64,000 nucleotides of DNA from Candidatus Xenobia bacterium (GTDB taxonomy: Bacteria > Vulcanimicrobiota > Xenobia > Xenobiales > QWHO01): NCBI GenBank assembly GCA_045863235.1, contig BTUM01000025.1:23022-87021 (forward strand), written 5' to 3'. The position numbers were made by a program, and so were the translations under genes. Positions 1 through 8,981 of the stretch are shown one piece after another (position 1 is the first letter of the stretch; every line of letters starts with the position of its first letter). Below the pieces are notes generated by a model. That model worked only from the letters and a program-made list of their open reading frames with translations, was not told where the DNA came from and did no database searches.

Positions 1-1
1 C

Positions 2-1150
2 GCGGACCTGTGGGAAGCCCTGGAGGAGATTAGCGGACAACCGGTGCGCCAGATCATGGACGCCTGGCTCACCCGGCCAGGCTACCCGCTCGTGACTGCG
101 CGCCGGGAGGGGGGCGAGCTGGTGCTTCGCCAGGAGCGTTTTCTCTATTCAGGCTCTCGCCCGGGGACCTGGCCGATTCCGCTGGTCTACCGCGTGGGCG
201 GCGAGGAGCGTCGCCTGCTCCTTTGCGAGCCCGAGCAAAGAGTCCAGGCGCCAGAGGGCCCCGTCCTGCTCAACGCCGGCGCCTTCGGCTACCTGCGCGC
301 CGAGCCGGGGGAGGTCCCCGACCCCGCCGCTCTCAGCGTGAGCGAGCGCATCGGCCTGCTGCGCGATGCCTGGGCGCTGGTTCTGAGCGGGCACTGGGAG
401 GTGGAACGGTTCTTCGAGCTGGCTGCGGCCTGGATTCCCGAGGAGCGCAATACCGACGTCTGGGAGGCCTTTCTCGACGAGTGCCGCGACCTGTGGCGCT
501 TCCAATGGAGTGAGCTGCCGAAGCGGCTGAGCCCGCTCTGGCCTCGCACGCCCTGCGAGCCAGACGAGCAGCGCCTGCGCGCCCGCGTGCTGGCCGCCCG
601 AGCCACGCTGGCCGGGGATGACTCGCAGCTGGGGTGGGCCCGCGACTTTGTGGCCCGGCCCCAGGAGAAGGAGCTCTTCCAGGCCGCCCTGCAGATTGTG
701 AGCTGGCACGGCGACGCGGGCGACTATGCCCGGATCTTCTCTCTGTGGCAGGAAACTGACGAGCCCACCGTGCAGCGCCAGTTGATGCTGGCGCTGGCGG
801 GTTTCCGTCCGCCCGAGCTGGTGAGGCGCTGTCTGGAGCAGATCCTCAATGCAGGCGTGCGTCCCCAGGACGGCGGCCACCTGTTGCTGGCGGCCTGCAA
901 GAATCCGGCCGCTGCCGACACGGTCTGGAGCTTCGTACGCGCTCGCTGGGAGGAGCTGATCGCGGTGCTGCCCATGCAGGGAATGCGCCTGTTCTTGCAG
1001 GGCGTTCCTTTCCTGGTGCTGCCCGAGCGGGCTGAGGAGATGAAACGCTTCCTGACCGAGCGCCCGGTGGAGGGAGGAAGGCGCCAGCTGACTCAGTCAC
1101 TGGAGTGCCTGGACATCGCGCTGCGACTGCGGGCACGGTTGGAGCGCTAG
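2..1150 (+). CDS. M1-family aminopeptidase, C-terminal part (ERAP1-like C-terminal domain); 5'-truncated by the window edge
   Basis: Frame is open from base 2 (ADLWEALEEISGQPVRQIMDAWLTRPGYPLV), typical of M1/PepN-type peptidases just after the catalytic domain; WPIPL and helical ERAP1_C-like region follow. HEXXH lies outside the window. Confidence 0.8.
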   Translation, partial: ADLWEALEEISGQPVRQIMDAWLTRPGYPLVTARREGGELVLRQERFLYSGSRPGTWPIPLVYRVGGEERRLLLCEPEQRVQAPEGPVLLNAGAFGYLRAEPGEVPDPAALSVSERIGLLRDAWALVLSGHWEVERFFELAAAWIPEERNTDVWEAFLDECRDLWRFQWSELPKRLSPLWPRTPCEPDEQRLRARVLAARATLAGDDSQLGWARDFVARPQEKELFQAALQIVSWHGDAGDYARIFSLWQETDEPTVQRQLMLALAGFRPPELVRRCLEQILNAGVRPQDGGHLLLAACKNPAAADTVWSFVRARWEELIAVLPMQGMRLFLQGVPFLVLPERAEEMKRFLTERPVEGGRRQLTQSLECLDIALRLRARLER

Positions 1151-1219
1151 CAGAATATGTTGGGCGTCGCGCAGCCGGAAAACCGTGTCAAGGGGGGGTC
1201 CGGCTGCGCTCCCAGGGGC

Positions 1220-2632
1220 TCAGCCGACGAAGATCAGGGAGTTCAGCCCGCCCATCCCGTCTGGCTCGCGGTGCCCGTTGCAGGGGTCCTCCAGCCAGAC
1301 CCCATCCACCACGTACTTGTAGCGATGGGGCCCGGGCTGGGGGGCGGGCAAGTCCAGCCTCCACAGGCCGTTGGGCTTGCGTCTCATCATCAGCCGGGCC
1401 CAGTCGGTGAAGTCGGCGGCCAGCTCCACGCTGCGGGCGGTGGGCTCGAAGAGTTGGAAGACCAGCTTGCCGTCCTCGGCGTGGGGCGGAGTGAACCACA
1501 GCATGTCGGCCCGAATATGGGGCTCGCTGGCGGCCAACTCCACCGCCCGGCGCGGATTGACCCGACCGAAGCCTTGCTCTTCCACGGGCAGGTTGGGCAG
1601 CCGCTCGGCCGTCATGGCCAGGATCTGCTTGACCTGCAGTGGATTGAGGTCGGGATTGGCCTGGAGCATCAGGGCCGCGGTGGAGGTCACCAGGGGGGCG
1701 GCGAACGAGGTTCCCTCCACGTGCTTGTAGTGTGCTCCCACGATGTCGTAGTCCTCCACTTTGCAAGCCACACGCTGGTGCAGATCCGCAGGGGACAGTC
1801 GCAGGTCGCGCTCGCTGAGCTCGGCGGGGCCTCTGAGCTCGCGAGCCAGGTCGGGTAGCTCGTCCAGGGAGCAGTTGGCCAGCCGGGTGAGGGCATCGGC
1901 CCGCTCGAAGTCCCGGGTTCCCGGTAGGATCGGGGCGGCCACTCGCGCGGCGGTCGCCACCAGCTCGGGCTTGAGCAGCCCGTCGGCGGTCTGGCCGTAG
2001 GATGAGGGAGGGTACAGCTCGGCGTATCCTCCAGGGCGGTCCAGGCCGCCCACCGTGATGACCGAGGGCGAGTTGGCCGGCGGGGTGGGCACCCTGCCGG
2101 TATTGCCCGCCGCGGCGACCACCACGATTCCCTGGCGCACCGCTTCCTCCGCGAGCTGGTCCACGACGTCGGTTTCGAAGGAGATGTCCTCCTCGTTGGC
2201 CTGGATCGACAGGTTCACCACCCGGATGCCCAGCCGAGCCCGGTTGTCCAGCACCCAGCGCAGGGCGCGAGCCACGTTCTCCTCGCTCAGCCCCCGGTCG
2301 TCAGCCGTCTTAACCAGCACCAGGTCTGACTCGTAGGCCAGACCACGGTAGTAGCCGTCGGAGAGATAGCCGTTTCCGGCCGCCACCACCGATGTCATGG
2401 TACCGTGCCATTGCCAGCGCGTGACCTCTCTGGACAGGAGCTTCCCCTGGCCGGTGGCGTCATAGGACTCCTTGATCCGGTTGACCGGCCGGGTCAGGTC
2501 GGGATGGGGCGTAAAGTCCGCATCCAGAACCGCGATGGTGACCCCCTGTCCGGTGTAGGTTGCGGGGGCACGCAGGCTGAGCGGCTCAGGAAGCCGGGCG
2601 AAGCGGTTGAAGCGCGGTCGAGGATGAGACAC
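1220..2632 (-). CDS. S8 subtilisin-like serine peptidase (AprX-like) with C-terminal CBM48/AMPK-beta-like glycogen-binding domain
   Basis: Triad motifs VLDADF, HGTMTSVVAAG, GTSFAAP; oxyanion AAAGN; C-terminus SVELAADFTDW...GLWRLDL...YKYVVDGVW..DP.N...DGMGG.NS; no signal peptide. Confidence 0.85.
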   Translation of the reverse strand: MSHPRPRFNRFARLPEPLSLRAPATYTGQGVTIAVLDADFTPHPDLTRPVNRIKESYDATGQGKLLSREVTRWQWHGTMTSVVAAGNGYLSDGYYRGLAYESDLVLVKTADDRGLSEENVARALRWVLDNRARLGIRVVNLSIQANEEDISFETDVVDQLAEEAVRQGIVVVAAAGNTGRVPTPPANSPSVITVGGLDRPGGYAELYPPSSYGQTADGLLKPELVATAARVAAPILPGTRDFERADALTRLANCSLDELPDLARELRGPAELSERDLRLSPADLHQRVACKVEDYDIVGAHYKHVEGTSFAAPLVTSTAALMLQANPDLNPLQVKQILAMTAERLPNLPVEEQGFGRVNPRRAVELAASEPHIRADMLWFTPPHAEDGKLVFQLFEPTARSVELAADFTDWARLMMRRKPNGLWRLDLPAPQPGPHRYKYVVDGVWLEDPCNGHREPDGMGGLNSLIFVG

Positions 2633-2644
2633 GAATGCAGCCGC

Positions 2645-3775
2645 TTAGCCGCCTGCGGGGGACATTCCTGCGCGCAGATCCAGAGGGCGGATGCAGACTG
2701 AGTCTCCCTGGATCTCGACTTTGACGCCCATGCCCTGGCTGTCGTGCACGATGCGCTCGGCGATCTGGCGGAGCAACTCCCCCCGGGCCACCTGAGGCAT
2801 TCCCTGGTGGGGGTGGTCGCGCCGCCTCACGATCTCGTAGGGGATCGCTCTGAGAGAAGTGGGCGGCCCGTCGGTAAAGGTGGCTTCGGTGAGAAATCCC
2901 TGCCAGAACTGGTCTTCTGCTGCCAATCGCGAAACGAAGGGACGCGACTCGGGGATCAAGAGCTCGATACCAAGAGGGATGTTGAAGATGAAATTGCCCA
3001 TGCTGTGCACGATGAACCGGCCTTTGTAGGACTCGACTCCATTGATGGCATGGGGGCCGTGACCCAGGATCAGATCGGCCCCGGCGTCCACCAGCCAGTG
3101 GGTCCAGGCGCGCCGGGTGGGAGCAACTTCCAGGGGCGCTCGGAAGCCGAAGTGCGTGTGCATCGAGACCAGCACGATGTCGGCGTGCTTGCGGGCACGC
3201 GCCACCGAGGCCAGCAAGAGCTCCAGGTAGCGCTCGTCGGGGCACTCGAGCACGCTGCCGTCAGACGGGATGCGCACGCGATAGGCCTGCACGACGGCCG
3301 CACCGGGCTTGTGCACGTCAGAGCGAACGGGCTCGGGGTAATCCTCCCACAATGGGTGGTACCAGCAGTGGAAAGCCACCAGGGCCACGCGGCGGTTCTT
3401 CACCTTCCAGTAGAGGGGGGCGAAAGCCCCCTGGCTGGTCAGGGAGGCTCCCGCAAACTTGAGCTTTCGCTCGCGCAACGCCTTGCGCGTGGAGATCAGA
3501 CCTCCCAGGCCATAGTCCATGATGTGGTTGTTGGCCAGCGAGAGAACGTCCAGGCCCATCTTCTCGATCTCGTCAGCCATGGACACGTCGGCGCGGGCGA
3601 TGTCGATCTTGGGAATCGGGTTGCCGGACTCGACCAGAGGAACCTCCAGGTTGCCAAAGCTGATGTCGGCTTTGCGCATCCGGTTGGCCAGGGCCAGGAA
3701 GCCCGGGTCGCTCCAGTCGTTGAGGTTGATGCCGAAGAGAATATCCCCCACCGCGCTCAGTCTCAATTTGCTCAT
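2645..3775 (-). CDS. CapA / PGA_cap family metallophosphoesterase-fold protein
   Basis: AVGDI, GNLE, SLANNHIMDYG, SMH, LILGHGPH, SMGNF motifs; ATG at 3775 chosen over the longer ORF start at 3889. Confidence 0.85.
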   Translation of the reverse strand: MSKLRLSAVGDILFGINLNDWSDPGFLALANRMRKADISFGNLEVPLVESGNPIPKIDIARADVSMADEIEKMGLDVLSLANNHIMDYGLGGLISTRKALRERKLKFAGASLTSQGAFAPLYWKVKNRRVALVAFHCWYHPLWEDYPEPVRSDVHKPGAAVVQAYRVRIPSDGSVLECPDERYLELLLASVARARKHADIVLVSMHTHFGFRAPLEVAPTRRAWTHWLVDAGADLILGHGPHAINGVESYKGRFIVHSMGNFIFNIPLGIELLIPESRPFVSRLAAEDQFWQGFLTEATFTDGPPTSLRAIPYEIVRRRDHPHQGMPQVARGELLRQIAERIVHDSQGMGVKVEIQGDSVCIRPLDLRAGMSPAGG

Positions 3776-4124
3776 GAGCCGGCCTTCTCGGGGTCGGATG
3801 CGGCTTCCTACCCGGCTCGAGGAAAGTCCCGCGCCCGCTGGCAAGTATGGCTCCTGGGCCAAGCGCCGCGCTCGAGCTGGGTCGCCCACTCTGAGGCCAA
3901 CAGGTTCGGAAGGTCCCTCAGCACAGCGTCCTGCGCGCGGCGCATCGGGTCTGGCGCTCGGGCCCCGAGCTCGAGCCTGGCCGATGAGCGAACGTCCTGA
4001 GCCGCACGGAGGTCCAGCCAGGGCCCGCTGGACCGGGGATTCTGCCAGCTTGGAGAGAAGGTCCGGCTCAGATCAGGGGGTCATCCTCGTCGTCCGCGAA
4101 ATCCGCCGTCGTCATGCTTATCTC

Positions 4125-4688
4125 TCATCCATTCGGCTGCTTTCTTCGGATTCGGACGCCGCCCAGGGTCACCCTATCTTCGTTCAGGCCCACCGAACCG
4201 GTTCCGCTCGAGCAAACGAGCCGCAGCGCCTGAGTGGACTCTCGCAGCCGGGTCACTTCCTGGAGGTACTGGCGGGCCTGACCCTTGAGGGCCTCAATGG
4301 CCTGACCGGTGTTCCGGCGCCACGTTTCCTCGCTGGGCCTCGTGGCGCTCACCAGCATTCCGCCTAGCAGGCCGCCGAAACCGGATAACGCCAGCGCGAC
4401 TGGCAAGACCGTGCTTTCGGGTGCGAGCCATAGCGCAAACGGCATCAGGGACCCGGAGGCCATCCCTACGACCATAAGGCCACGCGCCAGCTTGTCCCGC
4501 GAGCTCAGCTCCACAAACTGCTCGTTGTAACCCGGCGCGCATTTGAAGGAGACCTCCAGGCAATCTTCCAGATTGCGCCGATGGTCGTCTTGGAGCTCGG
4601 CCAGGCCTTGCAGTAACTGTTCCTCGGTCTGGCGATCAGCCAGCGCCTGGCGAGGGTCCAACTTCCAGTTGTGCGATTGAACCTGCAT
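4125..4688 (-). CDS. Hypothetical protein with two TM helices and a C-terminal V-x-L-G-G-V-x-I motif
   Basis: 187-aa ORF, two hydrophobic segments, coiled-coil flanks; -10-like TAGGCT 7 nt before ATG. Confidence 0.65.
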   Translation of the reverse strand: MQVQSHNWKLDPRQALADRQTEEQLLQGLAELQDDHRRNLEDCLEVSFKCAPGYNEQFVELSSRDKLARGLMVVGMASGSLMPFALWLAPESTVLPVALALSGFGGLLGGMLVSATRPSEETWRRNTGQAIEALKGQARQYLQEVTRLRESTQALRLVCSSGTGSVGLNEDRVTLGGVRIRRKQPNG

Positions 4689-4695
4689 CCTTCAG

Positions 4696-4717
4696 AGCCT
4701 AGACCGGGGAGCTGAAA
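4696..4717 (-). promoter_or_regulatory. TTTCAGC-N9-TAGGCT promoter motif (leaderless start at 4688)
   Basis: Minus strand reads TTTCAGC TCCCCGGTC TAGGCT CTGAAGG ATG; same spacing recurs at three other sites. Confidence 0.5.
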
Positions 4718-4804
4718 GAAATCTTGAAACCTGAGTGGGGAAGGGAACGAGCAGTGCACCTATCGGACCTGCCGGGGTGATTGGGGAGGGCGCGCACTGA
4801 AAGG

Positions 4805-4966
4805 ATGACCAGCAACCTTTGCAGCCGGGTGGACCTGGAGCAGGCTCGCGAGAACTTGCAGGCGACCACGCCCGACAAGGGTGGCCATCGCGCCAAAGCC
4901 CTGGTGCTCGTGAACAGGGCCCTGGAACAGGTCAAGCTGGGCATCGCGGCGGACCGCCGCCACTGA
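4805..4966 (+). pseudogene. Remnant of a small secreted helical-hairpin protein (DKGGHR motif)
   Basis: LEQARENLQATTPDKGGHRAKALVLVNRALEQVKLGI resembles a family I recall of small secreted helical proteins; signal peptide and N-terminus absent. Confidence 0.4.
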
Positions 4967-5011
4967 GACGCCGCTCCCTCAGCAATGAGCGCGGCGTCCT
5001 TCAATGGCAGG

Positions 5012-6166
5012 TCAGCCGCTGAGAATGTCCCCTTCCCACAGCCGCGTCGCGAACTCGGCCGCTGGAAGGATCAGAATCCCGTCTTCGGTACGCCTCGGCA
5101 GGCGCTCCAGGGACACCATGTAAAGCTGTTTCACTCCGGGCTGCTCGAAGCGAAATTGACGTAGACCCTTCAGGTGCTCGGAGTGGACACTGGATACGGC
5201 CTTGGCCTCGATGGCGATTTCGGCGTCGTTGAGTACGAAGTCCACCTCCGCACCCGTGCTCAAGCGCCAGTACGACAGCTCGGGGTGAAGTCCGCTGTAG
5301 CTGCCATAAGCGGACAGCTCATGAGCGAGCCAGTTCTCGAACGCCTTCCCGAAGAGCTCCGTGGCCGGTCGGAGCTCCCCTCGCCGGGTCAGGTGATTGA
5401 CCGCGCCTACGTCCGCGAAGTAGAACTTGGGCGCGTGCTGGACCCTGCGCTTGGGGCGCCGGACAAAGGCGGGCAGTAAGCGGCCCAGGAGCGTCTCCAC
5501 CAGGATCTGGTAATACTCCTTCACCGTCGGCCCGCTCACCCCGCAGTCACGCGCGATGTTGCTGTAGCTGAGTGTTTCGGTATCACCCAGGGCAGCCATC
5601 TGCAGGAAGTTTGCGAAGGCGGACAGGTTGCGAACCAGGCCCTCCGCGGCCACTTCCTCCTTCAGATAGTCGTTGACGTAGGCGCGCAGGAGGGGAGCAG
5701 GCTGGTCCTCGAGGTAGTGCCTTGGAAGATACCCATGGTTGAGCATGCGGATCAGGTCGAATTGCTGACCAAGCTCGGCCGAAACCAGGCCGAAGAGCTC
5801 GTAGCGCAGGGCTCGGCCGCCAAGGAGGTTGGCATGCCCCCGCCGCACCTTGCGTGCGCTTGAGCCGCAGAGCGCAAAGACGAGGCCCTGGTTCTCGATG
5901 AGCCAGTGCACTTCGTCCAGGAGAGCAGGGACTTTCTGGATCTCATCCAGCACGACCAGCTTCCCGGCCGGCTCTCCCGCCAGCTCCTCGCGCAAGAGCC
6001 CGGGGCGGGCCAGGTAGCGCGCGTAGAGGTCGGTATCCAGGAGATCGCGCCTGGGCGCCTCCGGGTACGTTTCTCGCAGGAGCCAGCTCTTGCCCGTCTG
6101 CCGGGGCCCCCACAGGAAGTAGCTGTGGCGCGAGGGTCTGGGCAGACAGAGGCGACGCTGAAACAT
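5012..6166 (-). CDS. AAA_14 ATPase with C-terminal DUF4143 domain
   Basis: Walker A GPRQTGKS, Walker B LDEIQK, CGSSAR, GGRA, PKFYFADVG, FENW, EVDFV...IEAK; start placed at MFQRR (6166). Confidence 0.9.
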   Translation of the reverse strand: MFQRRLCLPRPSRHSYFLWGPRQTGKSWLLRETYPEAPRRDLLDTDLYARYLARPGLLREELAGEPAGKLVVLDEIQKVPALLDEVHWLIENQGLVFALCGSSARKVRRGHANLLGGRALRYELFGLVSAELGQQFDLIRMLNHGYLPRHYLEDQPAPLLRAYVNDYLKEEVAAEGLVRNLSAFANFLQMAALGDTETLSYSNIARDCGVSGPTVKEYYQILVETLLGRLLPAFVRRPKRRVQHAPKFYFADVGAVNHLTRRGELRPATELFGKAFENWLAHELSAYGSYSGLHPELSYWRLSTGAEVDFVLNDAEIAIEAKAVSSVHSEHLKGLRQFRFEQPGVKQLYMVSLERLPRRTEDGILILPAAEFATRLWEGDILSG

Positions 6167-6381
6167 CGTTTTAGAATTTCTGTGCAAATTGAAAGTAAAC
6201 CTTTAAGGTCTGCCGGGGGACGAAGGTCGGCCCACGGCGCTGGAAAGCGGGTGCCATCGTTCGGACATCCCGCCGCGCTTAGACTATACCCCGCAGCTGT
6301 CCCGACCTACCACTGGCCGGGCCTGCGGGCAAGCCAGGCTGGTGCACGGAACCGGCAGACCAGGGGAGTCTTTCAGCCCCC

Positions 6382-6403
6382 TTTCAGCCCGCCGGGCCAG
6401 GAT
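6382..6403 (+). promoter_or_regulatory. TTTCAGC-N9-CAGGAT promoter motif (second TTTCAGC copy at 6371)
   Basis: TTTCAGC CCGCCGGGC CAGGAT GGGGA GTG(6409). Confidence 0.5.
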
Positions 6404-6408
6404 GGGGA

Positions 6409-7635
6409 GTGATCATCTCCCCGGTCGGCCAACCCGTTGCAGGTCGCCCCGAGCTCCGTGCCGCAAGCGCCGCTTCGCCGGATGGCGTGCAGCTGTCTCC
6501 CGAAGCGACAAGAGCCCTGCTCGAGCCCGGGCAGCCCACCGTGACCCCCGCCTGGAGCTACCCGCACCAGACCAACTTGATTGGAGGCTCGGTGCTCAGC
6601 CAGGATGGCACTCGGCTTTTCCAATCCGGGTACGACCGCCTGTTCTGCCTGGACACGATCAAAGGGGGGTGCCTGTGGGAGTTTCCCGCCAGGCCTTCCT
6701 CGGCGGCGGTAGTGGGACCGACCGGGCTGGTCTACGTCACCGCTGACGGCAAGCTCCACGCCCTCGACCCGATAACCGGCAAGCCGACCTGGAGCGTTGA
6801 GGTCCCGGGAGGAGGGGCGGGAACGCGCCCGGGGCCAGAGGGGGAGCTCCTGGTCACGGCCGGAGCCGGGACCGTGGCTCTGCATCCTTCTGACGGCACG
6901 ATCATGTGGACCTCTCCGATCAGCGGCCCCGAGGTGGCGGTCGGCAAGGACGGTCGGATGTTCGCCGCCGGCGACGGCCTCAAGTGCGTGGTTGGGTACG
7001 ACCGCGACAGCGGCGCCGAGATCTGGCGCAAGATGCACGGTCACTGTCGCCATCGTCCGGCCGTCGGTCCGGACGGCACCGTCTACCTGGGCAACGTTGC
7101 GGGCGTTTTCATGGCGTTGGATCCGGCCACGGGCGACATCAAGTGGTCATATGACACGGGCAGCCACATTCTCGAGAGCCCGACGGTGGCCCCGGACGGA
7201 ACAGTCTATGCCGGGAATCTCGCCGGGAAGCTCTTTGCCTTCGACCCGGTCAAGCGAGGCAAGAAGTGGGAGGCCGAGGTGGGAGCGGAAGTGCGCCAGC
7301 CTCCCGGAATCGGCGGAGATGGGACGGTCTTGCTGGCCAGCGACCGCAATGTGGTGCTGGGCTTCGAGCCCGAGCACGGGGGGAAGCTGTGGAGCGAGCC
7401 AGCGGCCAGCTACGTGCACTGCACCCCGGTTTCGGATCGACATGGGCAGGTCTACTTTGGAGCCAACAATGCGACCCTCTACAGCCTGAAGACCCCGGCT
7501 CTGCGGCTGCAGCTCGATGATCTGGCCCGGTTGCCAGCGAGCCACGATGCCCCCGGCCTTGGCTACTCCCACGGACGCCTGATCGTGGGCCAGAGCGCTC
7601 TGCCCCTGAGATCCCCTGACAATCGGCCGACCTGA
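6409..7635 (+). CDS. PQQ-like (BamB-type) beta-propeller repeat protein, no signal peptide
   Basis: Repeated P.V.PDGTVY.G...G.L.A.D...G...W blades. Confidence 0.85.
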   Translation: MIISPVGQPVAGRPELRAASAASPDGVQLSPEATRALLEPGQPTVTPAWSYPHQTNLIGGSVLSQDGTRLFQSGYDRLFCLDTIKGGCLWEFPARPSSAAVVGPTGLVYVTADGKLHALDPITGKPTWSVEVPGGGAGTRPGPEGELLVTAGAGTVALHPSDGTIMWTSPISGPEVAVGKDGRMFAAGDGLKCVVGYDRDSGAEIWRKMHGHCRHRPAVGPDGTVYLGNVAGVFMALDPATGDIKWSYDTGSHILESPTVAPDGTVYAGNLAGKLFAFDPVKRGKKWEAEVGAEVRQPPGIGGDGTVLLASDRNVVLGFEPEHGGKLWSEPAASYVHCTPVSDRHGQVYFGANNATLYSLKTPALRLQLDDLARLPASHDAPGLGYSHGRLIVGQSALPLRSPDNRPT

Positions 7636-8422
7636 CAAGCTTTCTTTCAGGACCCGGTAGTATCTTCGAGACGTGCAGCTTTCCGCTATGCCCGTGACGG
7701 CCGGGGATTTGCGTCAGGTGACTCGCGACCTTTGTGCCCAGAGCCCGACCGGAAGGCTGCAGTCGGCGAGCGATAGCAGCCAGCTTCAGCTCAAGGGGCG
7801 AAGCCCGGATTCTCATATGGTCAAGAAGCGACTCGACTCGATCGAGGACCTCGGCCCGCTCATCTTCCGGCCAGTTCCCCAGCCCTTCTAAAAACTCGCT
7901 GATCTCATCCTTCCAGACCAGGCAGAGCGATCTGCACTGCGTGGTCGCGAAATGCGAGGCGCAGAGCTCACCGCATCCGCACAGACACGGCCTGAGCTCC
8001 GTTCTTGCGACCCTGGCGGCCGCCTTCTTTCGACTGCGAGCCGCTTCCCTCTGCCGCCGACAGCGCGCCGAGAGGTGGCTTGCTCCCTCAACCAGGCGCC
8101 CGCACCCACACTTGCAGAGATGAGCCTGATTCGCGGGCCTGGCCCCGCAGCCATTCGGGCAGTCGAATCGGCGCTCCACCCACTCCTCCTCCTCGATGAC
8201 CACGAGATTGTGAGGCTGCAAGTCTCCGAGAGCGACTCCGCAGAGGGGGCACACGGCCTTGCGAAGAGAGCGCGCCCACTTGCTGAGCACGACCGCGGCC
8301 GGATAGCGCAGGAAGGTGCCCTTCTCGGTGACGTGCCATTCCAGATGCGGATCGCTGGCGATGGGGTCCTTGATGGGACCGGCCGGATTGTCGGGTCGGC
8401 GCGTCACGCTCTGGCTCTCCAA
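7250..8422 (-). CDS. Cys-rich hypothetical protein (CxxC and two CxCGCG motifs); 3' end uncertain
   Basis: CPLCG, CPNGCG, CKCGCG, CLCGCG; last ~128 codons overlap the convergent propeller gene and look non-coding. Confidence 0.5.
   Translation of the reverse strand: MESQSVTRRPDNPAGPIKDPIASDPHLEWHVTEKGTFLRYPAAVVLSKWARSLRKAVCPLCGVALGDLQPHNLVVIEEEEWVERRFDCPNGCGARPANQAHLCKCGCGRLVEGASHLSARCRRQREAARSRKKAAARVARTELRPCLCGCGELCASHFATTQCRSLCLVWKDEISEFLEGLGNWPEDERAEVLDRVESLLDHMRIRASPLELKLAAIARRLQPSGRALGTKVASHLTQIPGRHGHSGKLHVSKILPGPERKLVRSADCQGISGAERSGPRSGVRGSSQGRGHRGSLATGPDHRAAAAEPGSSGCRGSHCWLQSRPAHVDPKPGCSARSWPLARSTASPRARARSPAPHCGRWPARPSHLRRFREAGALPLPPRPPTSCLA
7645..7666 (+). promoter_or_regulatory. 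TTTCAGG-N9-TATCTT promoter motif, 6 nt before GTG at 7673 (72-aa ORF)
   Basis: TGACAAGCTTTC TTTCAGG ACCCGGTAG TATCTT CGAGAC GTG. Confidence 0.4.
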
Positions 8423-8604
8423 AGCGATCGCTGGTCAAGGTTGAGCGGATGGCTCGCCGCCGCGGCGGAACCCAGAGAAAGGAGAAGCTTTCTCTCCTCT
8501 GACGACACCAGGAGAGTTTAGAGACAATTGCACCCGGATCCTTTTCGACCTTGGGGAAGCGGGCGGGCGGGCCTGAGACTTCAGGTCTGCGTGCCGTGAT
8601 CGAA

Positions 8605-8643
8605 GCCGGGGCTCCCCGCCCACTGGTTTCGGGGAGCCCCGGC
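8605..8643 (-). terminator. 14-bp perfect GC-rich hairpin downstream of the small 8688-8981 gene
   Basis: GCCGGGGCTCCCCG-N11-CGGGGAGCCCCGGC; only a short U tail on the minus strand. Confidence 0.55.
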
Positions 8644-8687
8644 CCGGTCCGGATCGCACCCGGGCGTCGGAACGAGCCGGGAGTCGC

Positions 8688-8981
8688 TCAGTGGCAGCCT
8701 CCGTTGCGAATCTGGCGGGGTCCGTTGTCCTGGGGAGGCTTGTCGCCACCGGACTCGCCGTTGCGGCCGGGCGGGTTGCCCGTGGAGCCGGGGTTGGAAG
8801 GGCCCGAGCCCGGTCCGTAAGCCACGGGGCTGTCGTTGGGCTCGTAAGGGATGTAACGGTCGTTCGGATGAGGGGGATCTTCCTTGACAGGTCGGCCGGT
8901 CGAAGGGGTGACCGGGGGGGCGCAGTGGCTCGCTGACTGGAAACGAAGTGCGCCGGGGAGAGTCTGGCTCGGGTTGATCAT
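8688..8981 (-). CDS. 97-aa Pro/Gly/Asn-rich small protein containing a VAYGP motif
   Basis: Strong SD GAGGAGGT before ATG 8981, AT-rich upstream region, downstream hairpin. Confidence 0.65.
   Translation of the reverse strand: MINPSQTLPGALRFQSASHCAPPVTPSTGRPVKEDPPHPNDRYIPYEPNDSPVAYGPGSGPSNPGSTGNPPGRNGESGGDKPPQDNGPRQIRNGGCH

Noticed and set aside
2645..3775. Poly-gamma-glutamate capsule locus
   Set aside because: No capB/capC nearby; stand-alone CapA-domain proteins are common.
3776..4120. Possible gene remnant between capA-like and the 187-aa gene
   Set aside because: Some frames look protein-like, but I could not recognise a family or a credible start and stop.
4755..4790. Sigma28-like -10 (TCCGATAG, minus strand)
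   Set aside because: No TAAA -35 element at the required spacing.
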